NCBI GenBank assembly: GCA_963763045.1
Contig: CAVXNL010000019.1
Coordinates: forward strand, 29,788-93,787
DNA from: an uncultured Planctomycetaceae bacterium
Lineage (GTDB): Bacteria > Planctomycetota > Planctomycetia > Gemmatales > Gemmataceae
Length of the DNA stretch: 64,000 nt
Reading direction: 5' to 3'
Position 1 is the stretch's first letter, and the number at the start of each line of letters is the position of its first letter. The position numbers and the translations under genes are program-made. Positions 21,682 to 30,256 of the stretch are shown one piece after another. Under the pieces are notes generated by a model that saw nothing but the letters and a program-made list of their open reading frames with translations, did not search any database and was not told the origin of the DNA.

Positions 21682-24348
21682 ACTTTCGATGAGTCGGGCG
21701 CAAGCTCGTGCAGACTCGCCGCCGCGCTCTTGTCTTCTTTGTCCGCGAGACGAACCCGCGTGATGATGCCGGGTATACCCATGGCGGGAGGGCGAGGCCG
21801 CGACCAGCGTATCTCGACATGCAGGGGCGACGTCCGGCCCAGTAAGCGTTTCCAGAACTTTTTCTGGGGAGCGACCTCGAGCAGGGCAGTTTCCTCATCC
21901 ACGCTCATGATTTGCCCGTTCCACTTTTCGCGCAGCTGATCGAAGTTAATCGGCGGTCCGCTCGGCGGCAGGCTGGCCGGGAACCGGCATTCCAGCACCT
22001 CCCCTTCCTCTTCCGTCGTGATCCAGCGTTCCGGCTCGTTGGGCGGCACCGTCTGCGCGGCCGCTTCCAGCAGCGCTTTCAGATCGGCTGCGCGACGGAG
22101 GGCAGTCTCATCCGAATCCCGGAGGTTCGGGACCTCACCGCTTTTCGGTGCCGAGGTGTCACGCCGTAGACTGCGCAAGCGCGGAAGATACGTTTCGGCG
22201 TTTCCGTCTTCACGGCTGTCTCGACGGGAGCTGTGCCGTCTGGCCTCGGCATGTGTTTGGCCGTGCTCAGAGCAACGACAAAAGGCTCGAAGACCGGCAC
22301 CGGTTCCGAAGCAGCCTTCTCGAATGTGCGAGGTGGGAGTGGCTCCAGCTCGTTCTCCGCTACCGCGACATCCGCTTCCTCGGTCGAATCGCCATCCGGG
22401 GTCACGACCGTCTCGGGTACGTCCGCCGTGGCAGGAAACGACCAATCGGCTGAGGGATCGAACGAATCGTCGTCGTCCTGCTGCTCGAAGTTCGGATCGA
22501 ACGGTGAATCTTTCGCGGAAACAGCCGCCGCGTCCTCGGGATCCGCGGGACGATCCACGTTTTCTGTCACGACCTTCAGCGGCGGATCGGCCGCTTCAGG
22601 AGTTCTTGTTTTTCCTTTCAAGAACGAGAAATCGGTAAGCGGGAGTGTCGAGCCCCCCCCTTCAGAGAACAACTCGTTGAACGGGTCGTCCGGCGGAACG
22701 GAAGCCGTGCGCTCGTCAACCTCTTCCCGATCGGAGTCGATGTTTGCGAAATCTGCGAACTCAGATTCTGGGGATTCCGCGCCTGGGAGGAGGCGTCTGC
22801 TCTCCGTCGTGTAACAACTGCGTAGGCCCCACGGGCGGCGCTGCCTCGACGACAGGGGCCTCTTGCGGTTCGTCTATCTCCTCCTGACGGTTTTCCGGCG
22901 ATTCCTCCGGGAAGACAGATTGGCAGTCCGTCTCACGGCACTCGTCAATCGCAGCTGGTTGATTCTCCGGCGCAACGTCCGCGGTGCTGGCACCGTCAAA
23001 CGGTTCCGGCTCAGGCTCGGGCGAAACGGTTTCCTCCAGAATCACGGCGTCTGCCTGATCCTCGTTTCCGCCACCGGAGGGCGTGGATAGCTGCACGTCC
23101 CAGTCTTGGTCATCCGGCCATTCATTCAGGAACGAGGGTGACGGTGCCGCGGCTTTTGGCGACACCGGCCATTCCGGCGCATTCTGCCGCCGGCGTGGCA
23201 TCGACCGCCATCAGCTCAGGAGTCGATTCCGTCAGGACAGATTTTTCGACCTCCGTTACGTCGATATCGTGAGCCGCCGTGGGTCGGCCGGATTCGAGTA
23301 CGAACGTCCTGATTTCCTCTTCGTCTTCGCGGGATGGTTCGGCAGTGGGTGAGAAGGCCGGCTCTGCATCGGCCGCGACGGGATCGGTTGCGATCGGTTC
23401 CGTCGGGGTTTCGGCCGCGGCATCGAGAGGGTACGCAACCACGGATTCGGGTTCTTCGGGCAGCGTAACCGTGCGGACTCTTGGCGCTGAACTTTTCGTT
23501 GCCGGCGCAACGGGAGGTGTTGCGGAAGGAACCACCGCCTTGACGACACCGGCGTTTTCCAGTGCGTCGATCAGGTCCACGCAGGAGGGGAAGCGCCGAT
23601 TCGGGTCGAAATCCAGAGCGCAGGCGATGGCCTTGCGATCGGACTCTGGCAGCGGCGAGAGATCCGGCGCTCCCGCGGGACGGGCGCGATACGGCGGCGT
23701 CCCGGTGAGCAACTCTTGATAGATGGCTGCGAGGCTGAACTGGTCACATGCTGGGCCATTCTGATAGCGATCCGGCAACTCCGGCGCGCTGTAGCGCGCT
23801 GCAACCTGTCCGGCAAACTGTCCGGTCGGCAGCCACATCAGCTGCACCAGGCCGTAGTCCGCGATGAGCAGGGTGTCCGCCGGACGCAGCAGGTGGCGCG
23901 GCGACAAACCAAGATGAGAGACGCCTTGCTTCGCCGCCACCTCTTCGAGAGTGGTCGCAGCTTGGCGCAACCAGCGGAGAAGGGGCTGACGCGGAATTCC
24001 GAAGGAGCCGTCCATCTGGTGCTGCTTCAGGAAGTCGAGCAGCGTGACCGAGGTGTAGTCGGCGGCCAGAACGAGGCAGCCCGGTCCGCCTGGCATCACG
24101 CGAGTGGGAACGAGGTTCGGATGGGTCAGCGCCTGGAGACGGCTCACCGCCTCGGCGTGCTTCGGATCGGGGCCGGCGACGTTGAACAGCACCTTGACGA
24201 GCCAGTGCCGGCCGTCGGCAGTTTGCGACTCCCAGGTTTCGGTTGCCGCGGTCCGCTCCAGACAGCCGATGAACTGATGGTCCGCCAGTGCGCGCCCGCA
24301 CGCCGGTTTCCGCGAACGATTGCGGTGAGGCCGAATGGTTGTCGTCAT
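21678..24348 (-). CDS. predicted pseudokinase: STPK-like domain with degenerate catalytic loop, long acidic disordered linker, conserved C-terminal domain; frameshifted
   Basis: Kinase-like fold (HWLVKVLF, ADYGLV, SAPEL, DQFSLAAIYQELLTGTPPY), but the catalytic loop reads HLGLSPRHLL where HRDLKPxN is expected, so the catalytic Asp is missing. It is followed by ~400 aa rich in D/E/P/T across ORFs 22761-23201 and 22079-22672, and a C-terminal domain (...FDQLREKWNGQIMSVDEETALLEV...). Confidence 0.55.
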
Positions 24349-24495
24349 GGGTGCGTTCGTCCTGTTACGGAACATTCTGAGTATGGCGACCGTCCCTAGC
24401 ACGCAGCGTGCCAACGGTCTTAGCGGTACGATTCTGCTGCGGCGTTCTGACTCAAACCTAGTTCGAGACGACGCGGGATGCAAACCCGGCGTGAA

Positions 24496-26585
24496 TCATT
24501 CTTCCCGGGCAAGAACACACGACGCTACGGCGACTTCCTGCCGGCGCGTGGACGGGGCGATGACGCTCTCGACCTGGTCGGACGCCCCGAGCACCACGGC
24601 TCCGACGATCGACGGGTGCTGTGCTTCCAGCTGTTGCCGGGCAGCCTGGACCGCGGGAAGAAGGCTCACTCCTGCCTGAACCGCGATCAGAATCACGTCG
24701 GCGTCGGGGGAGAGCAGCAACGCTTCGCGCCCGGTGCCCATAGCGGCAGCGTCCACGATCACACAGTCGAATTGTTCCTTCAGCGGTTCCAGGACGTTGC
24801 GTGCTTCACCGCGCGACAGGGCCTGGTTAGCCGCGGCGTCAAACCGTCCGGCAGGCATCACCCAGAGTCGATTGAAATCCGTCGCCCGGAGGACGTCGAA
24901 CGTTTCCGCATCGCCGCGCAGGACCTCGGCCAGTCCGGGTCCAGCCGCGATGCCGAAGGTGTCGCCGCAGTCCACCGCTAGCCCGATCGGCGTCGATCAG
25001 GACCGTTTTGTGCCAGGATCGGGCCAGGCCCGCGGCGAGATGGGCCGCGAGTGCGGACTTGCCGCCGCCATCGCCCGGACCAGTCACCACGATCACACAC
25101 GCTCTGTCCGGCACCGACTCCAGGATCGCTTTGCAGACAGTGTCCACGGCTTCGCCAGTCCGCCCCGGTGCCGCGAGAATCTTCGCCGTCGCCTTCAAGT
25201 TCGGCAGGGCGCCCAGCACCGGCATCCCCAGTCCGTGGGCGACGTCGTGGACCGAGGTGACGCGCTGCCGGCGCGACTCCGCGAACCCCACAAAAAGCAA
25301 GCCGATCAGGACGCCCCCAAGACCGCTCAGTCCCGCGGCGAGTTGTCGGTTCCGGACGCTGTCCGCGTCCACCGCCACTTGCTCTGCCACCCTGGTGACC
25401 CAGTAGGGTGCCGCTTTCTCCGCTTCGATCTGGCGGATTTCGGCCTCTAGTTTCCGCCAGCTCGGGCTGTCCAACGGCACTTCGACTCGAACAACGGGCG
25501 GCGGCGGAGCGACGACTGTCGCAGGCCGCGGCACGGAGCGACCGGATTTCTTTTTCGAGCTTCTCTTGCTGGCCCGTCAAACTCACCACCCGCTCCTGGA
25601 TTGTCTTGATCTGCGGTTGCAGATTGGGAGTAGTCGAATTATCACGGGTCAACTGCGCGAGTGTCTTCCGAATCGCGGTCCGCCGCTCCTCCAGTTCCTT
25701 GTTGATCGCGGCGCGCCGGTCGAGGTAGCCGCGCAGGGCCGGTTCCTTTTCTCCGAGGACGGCAATGCGGATCGTTCTCTGGATGACTTCCTCGATCGGT
25801 TTCAGCTCTGTCTTCATCTGCTGCACGAAGGCGTCGTTCAGGAACGTCTCGTTGACCAGATCCTCGGAAACGACCGGGACCGTGCGTTTCTGTTCGGCCG
25901 TCCTGAGAGCAGCCAGCTCGTCCACCGCATTCTGGTAATCGCTTCGGACCTGGACCAGTTCCCTCTCGGCGACACCCAGGCGCGGATCGTCGCCGCGCGG
26001 CGCGGGAACGGGGACCGGCTCTTCTTTCACGATCGCGGACGAATCGTGAGCCAGCGTTTCTTGCAGATCGTGCAAATACCGTTCGCGGCGGTTTTGCAGC
26101 TCTCTCAAGTAGGCATTGGCGGTCGAGTGAGCGATGACGACGGCCCCGGCAGACGTCTTGTCCGAGGCCCGGATCCGCACCGCACTGTCCTTCGGGTGTA
26201 CATCGACCTGCACGGCCGCGGCGATCCTGTCCGACGGAGAACTCCAGCCACGCTCAGCGACGAGGTCGGCGAGTTCAGGCTCCTCGACGGCGAACTGGAA
26301 AACGATCGGGTTGTTGATTATTTCGACCTGGGCACGAAGTTCGGCAGCTGCGTCGATATCCTTCTCGACGATACCCGCTGGAGCGCGTTGAACCCGAAGC
26401 CGCAGATCGGCGTTGTATCGGAAGGAACTGAATGTCCAAACCGCATAGCCCGCGGCCATCCCGAACAAAGCGGCGACGGTCAGGGAACGGAACCAGCAGT
26501 GCGCTGCGGCACGGAGCAACGCTCCGAAAGACGGATGCGTAGTTGGCACGGATGGTGGAACACGGCTGGGATCGAAGGGAGGCAT
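24496..26585 (-). CDS. polysaccharide co-polymerase / BY-kinase (Wzc/GumC-like chain-length determinant with C-terminal P-loop ATPase); frameshifted
   Basis: N-terminal TM (LTVAALFGMAAGYAVW), a long coiled-coil periplasmic region, a second TM (LGGVLIGLLFVGFAESRR), a Walker-A-like segment (VIVVTGPGDGGGKSALAAHLAAGLA) and DAAAM / LIAVQAG motifs typical of CpsD/Wzc ATPases. Confidence 0.7.
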
Positions 26586-26937
26586 CGCTGCGGCTCCGGC
26601 GTCGCTCGGCCGTTCCGCAAAACGAACCGGCCGCGACAGTAAGGGGATGGATCGAACCTTGGGAGAGTGGGATAGGCTAGTGGCCGGTCGCGTTTGCTTC
26701 GACTGTTGCCGACGACTCTCTTGTCGCCTCGGTCAAGACTTTACGCTTCGCCTACCGGTGTAAACACAGGCGGGGACGACTCTCGTGCCATCCCGGCGAG
26801 GCTTGCCTGCCCATCAACGCAATCGCGGCAGACCACTAGATTCCCGCTTCTCATCTATAGGTCATAAATTGCGCCGGTGCCAAATCGCTCGCCGTCATAA
26901 CTTCGTCGCGGCAGGAGAAAAGACGAGCGGGCTGTTC

Positions 26938-27006
26938 GTACCAGCCTGATGCGCAAGCGAAGGGAACTACCTGCCCACTCTTTGCTGGCGCGTCAGGCTG
27001 GTATCA
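26938..27006. terminator. stem-loop downstream of the FHA-kinase gene (16-bp arms GTACCAGCCTGATGCGC / GCGCGTCAGGCTGGTA)
   Basis: Imperfect inverted repeat 25 nt after the stop of the minus-strand gene ending at 27031. Confidence 0.4.
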
Positions 27007-27030
27007 GACGGAGCGCAATCCAGGCTAACG

Positions 27031-28497
27031 TCAATCGCAGAACGGCAGCAGCGCCTTGCGCATCTCCGTCACGTCGTCGAACCGCTCGTCGGGATCGCGG
27101 GACATGGCGCGGTGGATGATCTCACCCAGGTCGTCGGGCACGTCGGGGCGGCGGTTCCAGATCGGCACCGGGTCTTCATGGAGGATCTTGAGCATCTGGA
27201 ATTCGTAGCGATACGGCAGGTCGTAGATCAGGTTGTTGGTCAGCAGGTTGTACAAGGTTGCCGCGGCGGCGTAACGATCGGCCGGCGGTTTGGCCTCGCG
27301 GAAGTTGGTCAGCTGTTCGGGAGCCATGTAGGCGATGGTCCCGCCCACGTCCCCTTTGAGCGTGACGCCGCTCAGCTTGGAAGCCTGGTAGATGCGGGCC
27401 AGGCCGAAGTCGGCGACTTTGACCACCTCACGCCCTTTCCGCTCCGTCAGCAACAGATTGGCCGGTTTGATGTCGCGGTGGACGTAATTCTTGGCGTGGG
27501 CGTATTCCAGCGCCTCAAGGAGCTGACAGACCAATCCCACTGCGCGGCCGATGGGCAGAGGCCCCTCCGCCCTCATCAATCGTGAGGCGTCGCTCCCGCG
27601 GACGTATTCCATCACGATGTACGGTCGGTCGTCCACCGTCCCCATCTCCCGAAAGGCGACGATACGCGGATGCTTCAGGTTGCGCAGGATGGACGCTTCG
27701 CGCAGGAAGCGCTGCAGATCGCGCGGCTCCGCGTTCACCGCCGGTGTGATCGTTTTGATCGCAAAGGGCGCCCCGTCGGACTTGCGGAGGGCGAGGCAAA
27801 CGACACCCATCCCGCCCACGCCGAGTTTGCGGACGACCAGGTAATTCTCGAACAGTTGGAGTTGTTGGCGCAGTTCCTCCTGGCACTCGCCGCAAATCGG
27901 GGCCAACTCCACGGGAAAGAGGTCTTCCGGTTGGGGTGTACCGCCGTCTTCGACCGGTGCGTGACAGCTGCGGCAGCAATCCGTGACGTCGATCGGCTCT
28001 TCGGGAACAGACGCCGGCGTTGGCGGAGCTTGCGGAGCCGGTGTCGGGAGGCGCCTTCTTCGCTTGCACACTATCGAGGAGCGGACCGAAATTAGCGACG
28101 CGGACGGAGGACTCCGCTTGAGCGGTGATGCGCCGGGGATCCGAAGCCTCCAGCTGCGCGGGCGGGCGCCGCCCTCGATCGTATCCGCCGCCTCATCTGG
28201 ATGTACGGTGACGGTGATAAGGCTCCGGCCGGCCTTGATCGTGTCGCCGTCCTGCAGATCCGCCGCATTGACTTCCTGGCCGTTGACGTAGGTGCCGTTG
28301 CGGCTACCCATGTCCATTAGCCGGCAGTAAGGCGGATTGACCTCCACCAGGAAATGGATGCGCGAGAAGTACTTGTCCTTGGGCGGCAGCCGGAAGTGCG
28401 CGAGCTTGGAACGGCCGACGATGAAACGATCGCGGCCGTCAAACGTGTAGACTCGGCCTTTGTTGGGCCCCTTGGTTACGGTGAGCGTGATACGCAT
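27031..28497 (-). CDS. FHA-domain-containing Ser/Thr protein kinase with a central Cys4 zinc-ribbon-like linker
   Basis: N-terminal FHA (FIVGRSKLAHFRLPPKDKYFSRIHFLV...GSRNGTYVNGQ), CCRSCHAPV...CGEC, then a kinase domain (GVGGMGVVCLA...FAIKT...HRDIKPANLLL...VADFGLAR...GTIAYMAPE). Confidence 0.85.
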   Translation of the reverse strand: MRITLTVTKGPNKGRVYTFDGRDRFIVGRSKLAHFRLPPKDKYFSRIHFLVEVNPPYCRLMDMGSRNGTYVNGQEVNAADLQDGDTIKAGRSLITVTVHPDEAADTIEGGARPRSWRLRIPGASPLKRSPPSASLISVRSSIVCKRRRRLPTPAPQAPPTPASVPEEPIDVTDCCRSCHAPVEDGGTPQPEDLFPVELAPICGECQEELRQQLQLFENYLVVRKLGVGGMGVVCLALRKSDGAPFAIKTITPAVNAEPRDLQRFLREASILRNLKHPRIVAFREMGTVDDRPYIVMEYVRGSDASRLMRAEGPLPIGRAVGLVCQLLEALEYAHAKNYVHRDIKPANLLLTERKGREVVKVADFGLARIYQASKLSGVTLKGDVGGTIAYMAPEQLTNFREAKPPADRYAAAATLYNLLTNNLIYDLPYRYEFQMLKILHEDPVPIWNRRPDVPDDLGEIIHRAMSRDPDERFDDVTEMRKALLPFCD

Positions 28498-28637
28498 GGC
28501 GTCCTCGTCGGCGCCTACAGTTCAGTTTCCGGGTAGCGCTTCGGACGCCCTCATTATGCCGATTGTCGGCGCGACACTCAAGTATTGATGCGGAAGACGA
28601 TGGCCGCGAATTTCCCCCACCTCGGAAGTCTCATGAT

Positions 28638-29533
28638 TCACTCCGGATTCTCAGGCGAACCGTTGGCCTTAAGTTGCCGTGCCAGTGCTTCCAGGGTCTC
28701 TCGAGGTAGTGCGTGGGCGAGTTGTTCCACTGACAATCCCTTGAGGCGTTCCTCCGCAGGTAGACCCTTGAGGCGCTCCTCCGCGGGTAGACCTTCCATC
28801 CGCTCCGCGGGAGACAGTCGTTTGCGCAGTTCCTCCGCAGGCAGCCCCTTGAGCCGTTCCTCCGCAGACAAGCTCTTGAGGAGTTGGTCGATACTCTCGC
28901 GGACGTACTCTTTCAGTTTGTCGGACATGTCGGGTTCCTCGCTATAGACCCTGAGCAGATCGCGCAGCAACGTACTGGTTTCCTCCGAGCGCGACGGTAG
29001 TGCTCCTGGCCGTAGCGGAGCGATTCCACCCGCGCGCTGAATAGGAGGAGCATGGCATTCTGCTCCTCGAGCGGCAACTGATGCACCACGATGACGCGGA
29101 TGCACAGCGTCAGCACTCGCACTTCGTAGACGCCCGGTCGTATTGGCGTTAGCTCCACCTGCTGCGCGAGGTTTTGCGGATAGCGCACGCACACCGCATA
29201 CAGCCGATAGTCAGTCTCCGGCAGTAGGTCGTCCAGCGACGGACTGGACTGCTTCCGATAGTTGACGTAGTGGCCGATTAACTCCAAGAGCGCCCAGCAA
29301 TCGAGAGCCTCCTGGTGCGACTTGAAGGTCACCAGGTTATGCGGGGCCAGGTCCTCGAAGCCGTCAGGCAGCGGTCGCGGAATCGGCTCGGTCCCCCTGC
29401 GAATGAGGACGAGGTCGATAAACTGCTGCTTGAGCGACAGATCCATCTCCGGTTCCACACCGACGGCCGTGCCCCGGAAAAAGTCCATCCAGGACAGTCC
29501 GAACAGCCGGTGCAACGGTCTGGGTTCGCTCAT
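28638..29533 (-). CDS. PD-(D/E)XK nuclease-superfamily (Rpn/YhgA-like, DUF4351-type) protein with C-terminal tandem 9-aa repeats; frameshift near nt 28960 (tentative family call)
   Basis: ORF 28913-29533 (…HNLVTFKSHQEALDCWALLELIGHYVNYRKQ…) continues in ORF 28638-29192 after ...GQEHYRR into SEETSTLLRDLLRVYSEEPDMSDKLKEY..., then the repeats SAEERLKGLPAEELRKRLSPAERMEGLPAEERLKGLPAEERLKGL. Confidence 0.4.
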
Positions 29534-29723
29534 CTTTTGTCCGGCTTACGGCGGCGATCCGGCGCGTTCGATCGTGGTGCTTTCCTCCCCTCATCGTACA
29601 TCGGTGCGCACCGTTCAAACCATAGTAGCTCGATTTGTCGATTTCTCCCCTCCCCCCAACGTAGGCGCCTGCGGTAGTCTGGCGCACGAAAGTCGCCCGT
29701 CCGTCCTGCTGCCGAGGTGCAAC

Positions 29724-29864
29724 ATGTCCATCCGCCTCCTCCTGACGCTTTCCGTGGTTGCGGTGTCAGTCGCCGCGGCGTCGATGCACATCTCCCAACC
29801 GGTCCGGCCCATCGAGCAAGGCTGGTCGTGTCTCGAGACGACCTGCGCCGAGTTCGTTTGGTAA
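29724..29864 (+). CDS. small secreted Cys-containing peptide (46 aa), first of a possible tandem series ending in C-x-EFV
   Basis: MSIRLLLTLSVVAVSVAAAS (signal peptide) ...GWSCLETTCAEFVW*. Two further C-termini follow in downstream frames: CSECSEFVS* at 29963 and ...CDRRGRSEFVRQFW. Confidence 0.25.
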   Translation: MSIRLLLTLSVVAVSVAAASMHISQPVRPIEQGWSCLETTCAEFVW

Positions 29865-30045
29865 TTTCTTGCCTCGGCTGGTGTGTACGCCGCGACACCA
29901 AGTGCAGCGGATCATGCACTTGCTGGCGCCGCGTGCTCAGAGTGCTCTGAGTTCGTTTCGTAATTATGACCTCGCCCTGCCGTTTGGTGCTCCGGTTTGT
30001 GACCGGCGAGGTCGGTCGGAGTTCGTTCGGCAATTTTGGCTCGCT
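29825..30045 (+). repeat. three spaced copies of [short hairpin]+GAGTTCGTTYGGYAATTW, upstream of the P-type ATPase
   Basis: Copy 1 starts at 29850 after hairpin GGTCGTGTCTCGAGACGACC. Copy 2 starts at 29949 after CTCAGAGtgCTCTGAG. Copy 3 starts at 30019 after GACCGgcgaggtCGGTC. Spacing is 99 and 70 nt. Confidence 0.6.
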
Positions 30046-30256
30046 CGTCCTGGCCCCGTCCTCGGTAGCAGCCTGCGCGCTCGACACGTCATAAAGCGCG
30101 ATGCGCTGCTTCTTCAACAACAGCGGTGCCGATCGGCTCGCGGTGCCTACCTGTCCGGGGTGTGCGCCGGCTCCTGGTTTCGCACCGCTTGCCGCAACTC
30201 CGTGCCGAGCATAGCGTAAATCAGAGTCCTTCCGAATCGACCAGCCGGCAGTTCCC

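Noticed and set aside
29825-30045. CRISPR array
   Set aside because: There are only three copies, the repeat is ~18 nt with 70-99-nt irregular spacers, each copy is preceded by a different hairpin, and no cas genes are nearby.
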